Shown here: positions 1 to 10,344 of the stretch, in pieces
Layout of the letters: the number at the start of each line of letters is the position of its first letter
How positions within the stretch are numbered: the stretch's first letter is position 1
IMG/VR virus record: IMGVR_UViG_3300025012_000026
Span: 124,001-188,000 of that record
Direction: 5' to 3' (one strand)
DNA: 64,000 nt
The notes under the pieces: model-generated
The model's input: the letters and a program-made list of their open reading frames with translations, nothing else
Told to the model about the DNA's origin: nothing
The model's database searches: none
Program-made: the position numbers and the translations under genes

Positions 1-69
1 TCTAACAATGTCTAAGATATCCATATTTCCATAATCCATTGTCATCATATTTCTATCACCTCCCTTCAA

Positions 70-321
70 TTACTTCCAGTGATTATTCTTCTTTAGAATA
101 TCAACAACCTCATCAGCATAATCAACATCAACATTAATAACAAGATATTTATTTCCTGTATTCTTATTGAATTTATATCTACTGATTCTAATATTTTTAA
201 GTATTCTAGCTAAATCTGTCCTATCTTGTTCTGAAGCATGTTTAATCACATCTTCTTGTTTAATGACAATGTATTTATTGAAGTCTGCACCACTTAAATT
301 AACACTCAAATGTTTTACCAC
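70..321 (-). CDS. hypothetical phage protein
   Basis: 83-aa ORF preceded by a purine-rich RBS (AGAAAGAAG); no recognisable motif. Confidence 0.6.
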   Translation of the reverse strand: MVKHLSVNLSGADFNKYIVIKQEDVIKHASEQDRTDLARILKNIRISRYKFNKNTGNKYLVINVDVDYADEVVDILKKNNHWK

Positions 322-489
322 CTTCTTTCTATTTTAAATAACCATTAATTCTTTTATCATAAAGATATTCACCTAATGATGAACTTAATAAGTTTGCAAA
401 TATTCTCAATTCCTCTAATTGTTTAAAATTTAGAACAGGATAATTATTGAGTAACGGTTTCATTTGTTCGACAATATATATTTCTCTGA

Positions 490-693
490 TTATGTATCAC
501 CTTCTTTATCTTCGATTAATTCTACCTGAACCATCTTGCTCCTATCTCCATAAAACCATTGCCAATTGTTCTCTTTTGAACAAATGTTTTTAAATTTAAT
601 ATAAACAAGATTGGAGGAGTTTTTATATAAGAATCTACTACATACCATTGATTGTATGCAATCGGAGTATTCACATAAGCAGAAATCGAACAC
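490..693 (-). CDS. small Cys-rich hypothetical protein
   Basis: 67-aa ORF with C-x5-C-x5-C-x-R pattern; abuts the upstream gene. Confidence 0.55.
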   Translation of the reverse strand: MFDFCLCEYSDCIQSMVCSRFLYKNSSNLVYIKFKNICSKENNWQWFYGDRSKMVQVELIEDKEGDT

Positions 694-696
694 TAA

Positions 697-903
697 TTAA
701 TCTTCCATCCTTTCATTTTTAATTTCTGACATTTCATTATCAAATACTTCAATTGCCACCTTTTTGTAATAATGACCTTTATTAGTGTCTTGATCTACAA
801 TGAATGCGTAATTAACTTTATCTGTATAGTTTTTCTCATACTCTTCAGAAGTGCACTGAATCCAATCACCATCTCTACCATGTAAAATTTTAATATGTAT
901 CAC
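697..903 (-). CDS. hypothetical protein, paralog of 1031-1177; likely shorter than the 697-1071 ORF call
   Basis: RBS GAGGTG at 901-906 followed by (ATT)KILHGRDGDWIQCTSEEY...; similarity to the upstream mini-ORF begins here; exact start uncertain. Confidence 0.5.
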   Translation of the reverse strand: MIHIKILHGRDGDWIQCTSEEYEKNYTDKVNYAFIVDQDTNKGHYYKKVAIEVFDNEMSEIKNERMED

Positions 904-1030
904 CTCTTTTGATTTAGCAAGAATTTGATTAGTGGTATTAATAAGATATGTGATCAAATTCTTGCTAATATTTATTTTATGCTTATGTATGTTAATTATG
1001 TCAAGATTATTGAATAATAGAATATAGATA

Positions 1031-1177
1031 TTAACCGATTTTCTTATAATAAGTAGTGATATTTGTGTCATTATTTTTGCTGAACATGAAGTTTGCTTTG
1101 TCTTGGGAATTGTATTCTTGAGAAGTGCATGTAGTCCATTTTCCGTCGATGCGATTGATGAGTTTTGTGGGGTTCAT
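1031..1177 (-). CDS. unannotated 48-aa protein MNPTKLINRIDGKWTTCTSQEYNSQDKANFMFSKNNDTNITTYYKKIG
   Basis: translated by hand; strong RBS AGGAGGTG and a consensus promoter directly upstream; paralogous to the next gene. Confidence 0.75.
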   Translation of the reverse strand: MNPTKLINRIDGKWTTCTSQEYNSQDKANFMFSKNNDTNITTYYKKIG

Positions 1178-1207
1178 TTTTGTTTTTCACCTCCTCTCTA
1201 TGTGAAT

Positions 1208-1236
1208 ATTATAGCATGTGGGGAATGTGGTGTCAA
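1208..1236 (-). promoter_or_regulatory. sigma-A type promoter
   Basis: TTGACA-17 bp-TATAAT with TG extended -10 on the minus strand. Confidence 0.8.
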
Positions 1237-1242
1237 GGAATT

Positions 1243-3504
1243 TTATTTATTGGTTTGAGATAGTAGCAATTCTTTAAGATAAGTTTTTCTATTAAAGTCT
1301 GCTTTTTTCTTTATAGCTCTATTTACCGTTTCTATTTCACCAAAATGGAATACTTTTTGCTTTGCTCTCGTTTGCGAAACATAAATAAGATTGCTATTAA
1401 GCATAAAGGTGTGAGCTTTAGGAGTTATCATAATAACCTTTTCACATTGACCGCCTTGGCTCTTTAATATCGAAATACTATATGAAAGCTTAATATTAAT
1501 TAAATCACTTTTATTATAAATAACCAACTCATCAAATTGAATAATTAATTTACCATTCTTAATTTTTACGATTTTACCTATTTCTCCATTTGCAACAAAT
1601 GTTTTATCATCTTCGTCTATATAACTTTCATTATATCTTATCGCACTATAATTATTAACAACTTGAATAACAAGATCATTCTCATAAAATTTTGTATCTC
1701 CAAGTTGAACATGTATATTTCCTGATAATACATTAGGATTTGCTATAGGTTGCAAGTGCTTATTTATAGCAACCGTTCCATAATCACCTACATTATACGA
1801 TGACAATATCATTATATCTTCTTTTGATGTTCCAGATGATAATAATTTTTGATATAACGCCACAACATTTTTCATTATATTTTCTTGCAACATAGGTATA
1901 AACATATATCCTTTGTCATTACCAAACATTTGTGGATTTTTAGAATCTGCTAGGAATTTTTCACTATTTCTTGTTTTTGTTGCTACAGTTAATACTCCTC
2001 CTTCTCCATATCTAAATATTTGAGTAAGAGAAACTATTGGAATTAAATTTGAATTAATTAGATCATAAAAAACATTACCTGCTCCAACAGAAGGAACTTG
2101 AGCTGAATCTCCAATCATCAATAACTTAGTTTTAGAAAAATCAATTGCTTCTAATAGATGTTTCATTAAGAAAACATCACACATCGAAAATTCATCCACA
2201 CAAACGATAGAATAAGGTAATTTACTTTCTTCGTTATATCCCCATATTGGAGGTTTGTATAATAATCCTCTATGTATTGTTGATGCAGGTTCTTTTGCAT
2301 ATTCCGACAATATTTTTGCAGCCCTTCCTGTGGGAGCAAACAAACAAAATGATTTATTATTATCATTCAACATATCAATCAAAGATTTAGTTGTAGCACT
2401 CTTCCCACTCCCGCTAAACCCATTGAGAATACACACATTAGAATTACACACCATAGGTAAAACTTTATGTTGTTGCTCTGTGAGAGTAATATTCCCATTA
2501 TTCTTATATTTTTCCGTATCAATTTCCCATTTATTTTCCACCTTCAATCCTTCTAAAATCCTATTAGCAATATATAATTCTGTTTGATATGTTTCTTCTA
2601 ATGCAACAGTATTTAAACCTTTATCAAAATGAATATCTTTATCATTCTTAATAATATCAACAAAATGTTCAATACATTTCTTTGCTAGTGCTTCAGATTG
2701 TTTTCTTAGGACTTTGATATCAATTTTAGTATTTCCATCATTCTCATTTTCTTCTAGTAGAAACATAATTGCTGATTTTTGTCTTTGACTAGAAGTTTGT
2801 AAATCAAAAGTAAAATCAATTGGAGGAATTTCTCCTTTTGCTTTTGTTGTAATACAATCTTTGTTAAATTCAAGTAGTATCTTATCTGCAGTTTTGAATG
2901 AAATTCTTGACAATCCGCATAAACACATGTACGGATTGTCTTGTAGTTTTTCTTTAATCTTATCCACTGAACCATATTTATCATATAATGCCTTTAAGAT
3001 TTTGAATTCAATAAATCCTTTAAATTCTGTAACTAATTCTCCTAATACAAAATTCTCAACAATTTTTCTTTTAATGACCTCAAATCTAACTTCTCCAATA
3101 TTGTATAATTTCTTTAAATCAATGTCATCTAAGCGATTATTTATAACTCTATCAATAATATCTGGATATTCACGCATCACTTCATCAACCTGACTATTAC
3201 TATCTAATATGCTTTGTAAAAACAATCTAGTTGATGTCTCTGTTTTAGGCATATCCCTTCCTATATTAATTACTTTATACGATATTCCATTTTTCCCTTC
3301 TTTTTCTTCTGATTTTATACTATACTCTATGCCCGTTTCAAGGTCGGGTAAATTTCCTAGAATGCTGACATTTTGATAAGAGTTTTTAACTATATGAGGA
3401 TATTTAGTTTCATCAACATCTAGTGCATATATTTTATAATCGTCAGTATTATAAGGGTTTGCTACCACAACACCTTTAAATTCATAAATTATTTTATTTT
3501 TCAA
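1243..3504 (-). CDS. recD2: RecD2-like SF1B ATP-dependent DNA helicase
   Basis: Walker A GFSGSGKS; APTGRAA, TIHR, VDEFSM, GDSAQVPSVGAG, QIFR, KSQG and YVSQTRA motifs; N-terminal OB/HhH region. Confidence 0.9.
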   Translation of the reverse strand: MKNKIIYEFKGVVVANPYNTDDYKIYALDVDETKYPHIVKNSYQNVSILGNLPDLETGIEYSIKSEEKEGKNGISYKVINIGRDMPKTETSTRLFLQSILDSNSQVDEVMREYPDIIDRVINNRLDDIDLKKLYNIGEVRFEVIKRKIVENFVLGELVTEFKGFIEFKILKALYDKYGSVDKIKEKLQDNPYMCLCGLSRISFKTADKILLEFNKDCITTKAKGEIPPIDFTFDLQTSSQRQKSAIMFLLEENENDGNTKIDIKVLRKQSEALAKKCIEHFVDIIKNDKDIHFDKGLNTVALEETYQTELYIANRILEGLKVENKWEIDTEKYKNNGNITLTEQQHKVLPMVCNSNVCILNGFSGSGKSATTKSLIDMLNDNNKSFCLFAPTGRAAKILSEYAKEPASTIHRGLLYKPPIWGYNEESKLPYSIVCVDEFSMCDVFLMKHLLEAIDFSKTKLLMIGDSAQVPSVGAGNVFYDLINSNLIPIVSLTQIFRYGEGGVLTVATKTRNSEKFLADSKNPQMFGNDKGYMFIPMLQENIMKNVVALYQKLLSSGTSKEDIMILSSYNVGDYGTVAINKHLQPIANPNVLSGNIHVQLGDTKFYENDLVIQVVNNYSAIRYNESYIDEDDKTFVANGEIGKIVKIKNGKLIIQFDELVIYNKSDLINIKLSYSISILKSQGGQCEKVIMITPKAHTFMLNSNLIYVSQTRAKQKVFHFGEIETVNRAIKKKADFNRKTYLKELLLSQTNK

Positions 3505-3520
3505 TTATTTACCCTGCTTT

Positions 3521-6500
3521 CTAATATACATCATAGTTGATAAGTATCTCTTCGTCCTCATCTGACTTCATCCACTTGCCGCCAACGTTCTTTGTCTTCT
3601 TTTGAGTTTTGAATTCATTGACTTTTAAGACATCGTACAACTTGAAGGGGTTTTGGGAGAATATCTTGCCATCCTTGATTTTTGTCTTCATTTCTTTGCC
3701 ATTATTTATTTGGCGTAATGTGACATATGGTTTAGTTTTATCCTTATATACTTCATACTTAATAATTATATAAAAACTATCTCCTGCTCCTTCATTGATA
3801 TACTTAACATATTCTAAATAATCCATTTCAAATTTAACTTGATCTTTAATTGACATTGATTTGTCTTCTATAGTTTGAATAACTTCTCTGACATATCCTA
3901 TCATATCTAATTCTTTATAAAGTGTTTCAGTTGTTTTATTACTATATTTTTTTAATGTATCTTCATTAATATTTAGTTTTGCAATATCTTTGAAATTTAT
4001 TTGTTTACGACTTGCAAAAGTATCATATATTTCAATTATTTGAAGAAGTTTTTTATTCTTGCCAAATTTTTTAAAGAAATCTAGTCCAGTTAATATTTTT
4101 AGCTGTCTTGAATTAGTTGAAGTATTTTTTATATCTTGCAATAGAGTTATAAAATTAGTATATTTAGTTTGTTGTGCTAAATTATATAACTCTATTGCCA
4201 CTTGACCATTGAGAAATTTAATTGAAGTTATAGATTTATAAATTGTATTTGTTTTCCTATCAAATGAATATGTATCTATTGAATTTCCAAATTCAATGTC
4301 TGATAATTTAATATTAAAATAAGGTAATTCTTCAAGAATCTTATGAGTTTTTTCTGTATCGGAATCATATTCATTTAATATAACCGTGTAGTATTCTAAG
4401 GGATAATTTGCTTTTAAATAAGCCCCATATAAACTATCCCAAGCTACAGAAAGGCTGTGACTGGCATTAAAAGAATATTTCGAGGCATCATTGACAACTT
4501 GCCATACATCCTCAAACTTTTCATCATTACCTACGTTTTTTATATATCCTGCAATTAATTCACTTTTAAGTTCTGCAATCTCTTCTTCTTTAAATTTCTT
4601 TTTTGCAATCTTTTTGATGATGTCGTAAGTATGATCTTCTTTAAGTCCACACCATACAAGAAATGCCATAATAGATTCTTGATAAAGCATGAAATGATAT
4701 GATGGTTCTAGAATATCATCTATTTCTTTAACTCCTGTTGAATATTCATTTCTCTCTAAAAATGTATTAAGTAAACTTGCGAACCCTGGCCTAATGGCAG
4801 CTACAAAACCAGAAATTTCTGCTACATTAATGGGGCAGTATCTTTTAACAAAAGTCGTACTTAAATCTGTGTCAACTTGATTAAGAGTTGCTGTCAATCC
4901 ATTTTTATATAAATCCCAAACCTTATCATTAAGGAGTTTTTTTAGTTCTCGAATATTCGGAATTGGTTTATCAAGTAATTTGAAAGTATCTGATACAATT
5001 TTCCAAACTTTTACAGTAAGAAAATCATTTTTAAGATATTTCCAATTATCGGATGTATACCCATCAATACATGCACAAATTTGATCCCCTACTCTTAGCA
5101 ATCCTAATTCTTTAGATATTGGTTTGTTCAACATAACAAAACTACATGGACTAGGAGATATACTATCTATTACTCCTATAAACTTTTTGGATTCTTCAAT
5201 TAAATCTTTCCATTGTGGATCTTTAACGTATTTCTCAACATCTTTACCAACTTCATTGTATTGATCCATTGGCATATCATATGCTCTACATAGGTTTCTA
5301 AAAGCAGAAGACTCTTTCATAGTTCCTATGGCATACATATAGTAAACATTGTCTTCTCCTAAAATATCTTTAGATGCTTTAATTGGAGCTTCTACGTCTG
5401 CCCAATTAAAATCTATATCGGGCAAACTTTTAGATTCAAGAATTCTTGAAACAGTCATAAATCTTGAAGGATATAGAGGAACTTCAGATTCAAATCTATC
5501 TATTTCTGTGAATCCTAGAAGTTTATTTACATAGAAGCTAACCGCACTGCCACGTCCCGTTCTAGTAAGAATTCCATCATATACATTAACTGCCCTATCA
5601 ATAATTCTTTCATTTAATAAAAAATAATCTGCCATATCTGTATCTTTAATGGTATTATATTCAAATGCGATTCCGTCTTGATATTCCTTATGTCTTTTTG
5701 GATCAATATTTTTCTTTTCTTCTTCCCATTTTTCTAAAATAATTGATTTAAGTTTTTTATTAGAATCTTCATTGGGATAAATTGTTGGCATTTTAATATC
5801 TTTTGTGAAAATTAAATCTTCACATTGATCGAATATTAATGTATTATTTAGTGACTGGATAATTTGATTACTTGATAAGACATTTTGATCTTTATATCTT
5901 TCAACGATAGTATCATAATCAGGATAATCTAAGATAAATCCTTCTTCCTCTTCATATCTTAAACCCTTTCCTCTTAGAAATAAATCTCTATCATGTCTTT
6001 GTTCTGGATAGATATAGTGAGAGTCGTTGGCATGAATAATTGGAATATTAAATTCTCTAGCTAATTTAGTTATTTTTAAATTATGTATAACTTGAATTTG
6101 ATGAGCATGCGCTTGTGTTTCTAGATAAAAATTATTACCAAAATGTTTTGCTATAGGTTCTAAAAATATATTTGTAGCATCTTCATCTCTTAATATTCCT
6201 GCAACACAAGCAGATGTAACTATAAAATTGTTTGGATTTAATGAAAGCAATAAGTTTAAATCGATTCTTGACTTATAATAAAATCCTGTCTTATTTGATT
6301 CAGACATTATCTCATTTAATTGATAAAAAGCATCTTGATTTTTACCAATAATAATAATATGGCTATTTCTATTGTCTTTTTCAAATCTATCTTTTACAAT
6401 ATAAAGTTCTGCCCCAAAAATCATTTTAATATCATTCTTTTGGCATAAATCATACATTTCTAAAAAGTTACCGCCCCACCCATGTTGAGTTGTAAATAGG

Positions 6501-6613
6501 GTGGTATGATTTAATTCTTTTGCTCTGTCTATATAATCTTGTGGTCTTACTATACAATCCAATGTCTTAACATTCGAGTAGTGACAATGTTTATGGTAAT
6601 TATTATATCTCAT
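3521..6613 (-). CDS. dnaE: DNA polymerase III alpha subunit (family C, SPbeta YorL-like)
   Basis: PHP domain (HKHCHYS, ANDSHY); GRGSA, LPDIDF and YSFNASHS motifs; no intein seen. Confidence 0.93.
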   Translation of the reverse strand: MRYNNYHKHCHYSNVKTLDCIVRPQDYIDRAKELNHTTLFTTQHGWGGNFLEMYDLCQKNDIKMIFGAELYIVKDRFEKDNRNSHIIIIGKNQDAFYQLNEIMSESNKTGFYYKSRIDLNLLLSLNPNNFIVTSACVAGILRDEDATNIFLEPIAKHFGNNFYLETQAHAHQIQVIHNLKITKLAREFNIPIIHANDSHYIYPEQRHDRDLFLRGKGLRYEEEEGFILDYPDYDTIVERYKDQNVLSSNQIIQSLNNTLIFDQCEDLIFTKDIKMPTIYPNEDSNKKLKSIILEKWEEEKKNIDPKRHKEYQDGIAFEYNTIKDTDMADYFLLNERIIDRAVNVYDGILTRTGRGSAVSFYVNKLLGFTEIDRFESEVPLYPSRFMTVSRILESKSLPDIDFNWADVEAPIKASKDILGEDNVYYMYAIGTMKESSAFRNLCRAYDMPMDQYNEVGKDVEKYVKDPQWKDLIEESKKFIGVIDSISPSPCSFVMLNKPISKELGLLRVGDQICACIDGYTSDNWKYLKNDFLTVKVWKIVSDTFKLLDKPIPNIRELKKLLNDKVWDLYKNGLTATLNQVDTDLSTTFVKRYCPINVAEISGFVAAIRPGFASLLNTFLERNEYSTGVKEIDDILEPSYHFMLYQESIMAFLVWCGLKEDHTYDIIKKIAKKKFKEEEIAELKSELIAGYIKNVGNDEKFEDVWQVVNDASKYSFNASHSLSVAWDSLYGAYLKANYPLEYYTVILNEYDSDTEKTHKILEELPYFNIKLSDIEFGNSIDTYSFDRKTNTIYKSITSIKFLNGQVAIELYNLAQQTKYTNFITLLQDIKNTSTNSRQLKILTGLDFFKKFGKNKKLLQIIEIYDTFASRKQINFKDIAKLNINEDTLKKYSNKTTETLYKELDMIGYVREVIQTIEDKSMSIKDQVKFEMDYLEYVKYINEGAGDSFYIIIKYEVYKDKTKPYVTLRQINNGKEMKTKIKDGKIFSQNPFKLYDVLKVNEFKTQKKTKNVGGKWMKSDEDEEILINYDVY

Positions 6614-6623
6614 ATTTATCCTC

Positions 6624-7775
6624 CTAATCCATCAAATCCTTCATCCACGACAAATCCTCTTCATCTACTTTACTATCTTTATTATTAAACATCTCTAAAG
6701 TATCAAGATATGCCTTATATGGTGCGTGAATTTTTGCTGAATAACCATTCAAATTCGCCAAGAAATAACTTTCTGTATCTGTAACATCTTGCCACCATAT
6801 TTTATTATCCAATGTATTTTTATATTCAACTTGCTTAACCTTAATCTCTTCAACTGTCTTTACAATATCATCTAATAATTCTTGAATTGATTCATCATCT
6901 AGCGATATTTCAACATAACAATCTTTAACTACAAATTTACTCTTTACATCACCAGGTAAACATTCTATTGAATTGTCAACTACCATTTTATTAAGATAAT
7001 CATCTATTTCTTCTTCGCTGAATTTACTATCTGATTTCTTTAACCACATCTTAGCATTTGATGATAAACTACTTCCTATAGCATTTCTTTCAACGATTCT
7101 ACTTTTTAATTTGCCATTAGCTTGCATACATTCTACTTCTACATATTTAAGGAACGCCCATCTAGCAATAATTTGATCCATCGGTATGTTTAGTTTTTTG
7201 TGGACACCATAACTATAAAGTAGAAGTTGACCTTGCTCTTTCTCTATTTTTTTACCTTTATACAAGGAGCTTGTTTTCCAATCTGTGATTACGCAGATAT
7301 CTTTATCTTCTCTTTTTTCCATATGTATAGCATCTACATAAGCCTGTATTAGTATATTATTTATCTTTATTGGAACAAAGACTTCAAGTTTCAATTTATG
7401 AGGTATTCGTTGATGATTTTTAAAGAAGTGTCTCATACATGATTCATATTTATTTCCTATTTTTTTATTTTTGTCTTCATCACTTCTATCATATTTTAGA
7501 TTGCCAATAGTAAATTCAAATAGTTTTTCTTCAAATATTTCTATCATATCGGCGTAGGATATTTCTTTATTATAATATTTTTCTAATATATCATGAGAAG
7601 CGTTACCAAATACCCCGTATATTGAATCTTTTCTGTCCTCTGGTATTTTAAGAATATATCGTAAGAAGAAAGTATAAGTGTCTCCTTTGTATTGGTTATA
7701 TTTTGACCATGAATATATTTCATCACAATCTAATTTATTAGCTATTAATCTAATTTCTTCGCCTGTTTTACGCAT
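6624..7775 (-). CDS. PD-(D/E)XK nuclease (RecB/AddB/Cas4-like superfamily)
   Basis: YSWSK...G..SHDILE N-terminus; E...YVDAI...ITDWKTS...QLLLY catalytic pattern. Confidence 0.8.
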   Translation of the reverse strand: MRKTGEEIRLIANKLDCDEIYSWSKYNQYKGDTYTFFLRYILKIPEDRKDSIYGVFGNASHDILEKYYNKEISYADMIEIFEEKLFEFTIGNLKYDRSDEDKNKKIGNKYESCMRHFFKNHQRIPHKLKLEVFVPIKINNILIQAYVDAIHMEKREDKDICVITDWKTSSLYKGKKIEKEQGQLLLYSYGVHKKLNIPMDQIIARWAFLKYVEVECMQANGKLKSRIVERNAIGSSLSSNAKMWLKKSDSKFSEEEIDDYLNKMVVDNSIECLPGDVKSKFVVKDCYVEISLDDESIQELLDDIVKTVEEIKVKQVEYKNTLDNKIWWQDVTDTESYFLANLNGYSAKIHAPYKAYLDTLEMFNNKDSKVDEEDLSWMKDLMD

Positions 7776-8496
7776 TAGTTATAATCTCCTCTTTATCTAT
7801 ATCTTGAAATGTACATTGCCTATGAGTTTTTCTTTTACCTGCTAAACACTTATTAACATTAGCTTGTATTAAATCATATTTTTTACATATATCAGTTATT
7901 AAACCTATGTCACTTTCTCCAGAAGGTAAATTTATTTTAATGTATCTGTTACTTCTTTTATTTCTTGAATTTTCACTTCTTGTTACTATTCTAATATTTT
8001 CTTCTTCATAATTACCATTGTTATCAATTCTGTCTACTTCATATATTTTATGATTTTGTAATAAATCTTCATACTTATCAACATTTTGTAAATAATCAAT
8101 GAAATATTCAAAGCACAGCCAATTTTCTGAAACGAATATTCCTCTCCCTCCATAATCAATATAACTTTTAGTTGATGGATTGTAACATCTCTCTAACATT
8201 TGTTTCCAATGGGGATATAATTTATGGCGAGAAGACATATTACCCAAACACCCAACTCCACAAACTGCACCGTAATAATATGGATTTTTCAAAGTTCCGT
8301 TTTTTATATTATGATGTCTAGCCGATAATTGCGTACCATCATCAAATTCTACCAAAAAGGTATGATAATTACGGCGTTTTTCTATCATACCAACAATTCT
8401 ACATATACCATAATTATTTGTTTCCCATAAACTACCGTTATAATATGTAACGGAGGTGTTAGCTATTAATTGAATTTCTTCAAATTGTTTTCTCAA
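7768..8496 (-). CDS. free-standing HNH homing endonuclease (probable TTG start at 8496)
   Basis: W..MLERCYNP...YGGRGI.V...W..F..F and DRIDNNGNY...N.R..T..EN.RNKR motifs; C-terminal NUMOD1-like HTH. Confidence 0.85.
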   Translation of the reverse strand: MRKQFEEIQLIANTSVTYYNGSLWETNNYGICRIVGMIEKRRNYHTFLVEFDDGTQLSARHHNIKNGTLKNPYYYGAVCGVGCLGNMSSRHKLYPHWKQMLERCYNPSTKSYIDYGGRGIFVSENWLCFEYFIDYLQNVDKYEDLLQNHKIYEVDRIDNNGNYEEENIRIVTRSENSRNKRSNRYIKINLPSGESDIGLITDICKKYDLIQANVNKCLAGKRKTHRQCTFQDIDKEEIITNA

Positions 8497-9565
8497 GTCT
8501 TTTGTCCCTCTCTTTAATATATTTTTTATGTTCTGAGTCATCATATACAACTCTATGTTTTAGTAAATATCTATATACTTTCTCAGGTTTATCTGCTGGC
8601 GATTCTTTTTCTTCTAGTAATCCATATTTATCGAACACATAACTTACGGTACGGATTCCATAGAATTTATCGCACATACTTCTAATATGTTGTAAGGAAA
8701 CATCTTTGTCCATACAAATAATTATTTCTGTATTAAGAGAAATCAATATTTTTACTTGTTCCTCAGATATATCATGTGATCCTATAGACACACCAGTTCC
8801 ATCTTTTCTACTATGTCTTTTTAATGTTGATTTCTCCGATTCAAACGCAACAACTCTATTTTCTTCTTGAATAGTCTTATAGTTTTCTTGCAATCCGTAT
8901 AAATGTATTGATTTTGGAAACTTTTTTAAAGGAAAATATTTAGGAATGTCTAACATTTTATATTCAGGAATTGTGGTTCTCCCAATCACTCCAACAAAAT
9001 CATTTTCATCACCGCACCAATACCTCCAGGGAATTATAATTCTTTTCTTTTCTGCACTATAACCAATTTTAAATACTTCACAGGTAAAAGGAAGAATACC
9101 ATCTATTCTTATCCAATCAATATGAGGTAATGGAATATACTCCTTGATAATCTCATTGTCATACAACTCAATGTCGTCAATGTTTACAATGCATCTTTTT
9201 CTTTTAACCTTTTTGAATACATTTAATGGATCTTTCTTATCAGGTTTATCTTGTTTATTAGTTTTAAATTTATATTCTAAACCAAATAATTCATGTAAAT
9301 ATTTATTAGCTTTTGAAAATGAAATATTTTTTATAGTTTGGCAAAGAGTAAATATATCTCCTCTTATTATTTCACCATCAGATTGAAATATTTTAGTAGA
9401 AAGTGTTTCTTTGTTTATTGCAATATTATTATTTGATGCATGTTCGGGTAAACCAGACCTATATTCTTTTGTATATTCTTTAATACCATGACAATTTAGG
9501 GATTTAAGTACTTCTTGTGTTTTATCATTGTCTAATATGTATTGTTTAAGCTCAATATAATCCAT
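8480..9565 (-). CDS. DNA primase (SPbeta YorJ-like, TOPRIM)
   Basis: RIIIPWR...VGVIGRT, KY, LYGL, FESEKS and CMDKD TOPRIM motifs; lies next to DnaB. Confidence 0.85.
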   Translation of the reverse strand: MDYIELKQYILDNDKTQEVLKSLNCHGIKEYTKEYRSGLPEHASNNNIAINKETLSTKIFQSDGEIIRGDIFTLCQTIKNISFSKANKYLHELFGLEYKFKTNKQDKPDKKDPLNVFKKVKRKRCIVNIDDIELYDNEIIKEYIPLPHIDWIRIDGILPFTCEVFKIGYSAEKKRIIIPWRYWCGDENDFVGVIGRTTIPEYKMLDIPKYFPLKKFPKSIHLYGLQENYKTIQEENRVVAFESEKSTLKRHSRKDGTGVSIGSHDISEEQVKILISLNTEIIICMDKDVSLQHIRSMCDKFYGIRTVSYVFDKYGLLEEKESPADKPEKVYRYLLKHRVVYDDSEHKKYIKERDKRLEKTI

Positions 9566-9585
9566 TCAAGTATATTCACCTACCT

Positions 9586-10333
9586 TTACTTAACTATTTT
9601 TGCATCAAATCCATATTTTTCATATAAATGACTATTGTTAAAATTTTTTATTTTTATCTCCTCCTTTAATCTTGCTATAATAGCATCATCTAATTCATCA
9701 AAATAACCTAAATGTTTTTTCTTTCCATAAAATATCTGTGAATGCCATTTATTCATCTGTTTGTTAAAATAAACTCCTTGGCAACCACTACTATTATTTA
9801 TATTTGGGTTCCTATTAACATTATTTTGTCTGTGATCTGTAGTTCTGAGATTATATTTACGATTATTACTTTTTTGTCTATCGATATGATCAACTTCTAT
9901 TTCTGGATTATTGACTCCCATAATAAGCCTATGTATTCTAATTGTTTGTTTTTCATCTTCATCATTTTCTGATATACTAGAAACAATATATCCTCGTTTG
10001 TTTTTATGCCAACAATATACTTGTATCTTATCATAGTCTTCTAAATCAAATTCAAAGTAATTATTTCTAAAATCATAACCTATACCATATTCACCAGTTA
10101 AATCATATGTATTAGTTTTGCTACACCTAGCAATATTAACTTCTTTTTGCAAACATCCACAACTTCGAGTATTTCCATTTCTTAAACTAGTGCCATTTAC
10201 TGTAAATATAGTTTTAAGAGGACAACTACATTGAACAATCCAATGACACACCCTATGTTTATTAATGTGAGAAAACTCTAAAACTAATAATCTATCAAAT
10301 GTTTTCCCTTTTAAATCAATTATTTTTCCCCAT
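9586..10333 (-). CDS. HNH + AP2-domain homing endonuclease with a disrupted or non-canonical start
   Basis: IHRLIMG...VDHIDR...NNRKYNLR (HNH); SGCQGVYF...KW..QI...HLGYF...AIIAR (AP2); frame extends upstream of the ORF call as IIDLKGKTFDRLLV, but the ATG at 10333 is out of frame by one base. Confidence 0.8.
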
Positions 10334-10344
10334 ATATAATCTCC

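Noticed and set aside
904-1071. N-terminal extension of ORF 697-1071
   Set aside because: It is low-complexity, spans a promoter-like intergenic region and overlaps the 1031-1177 gene; paralog similarity begins only after the RBS at 901-906.
6624-7775. Cas4 / CRISPR system
   Set aside because: No four-Cys cluster, no other cas genes, and no repeat-spacer array seen anywhere in the window.
7738-8496. Group I intron in the nuclease gene
   Set aside because: The HNH ORF fills the interval and overlaps the downstream ATG, leaving no room for a ribozyme core; the nuclease has its own RBS and start.
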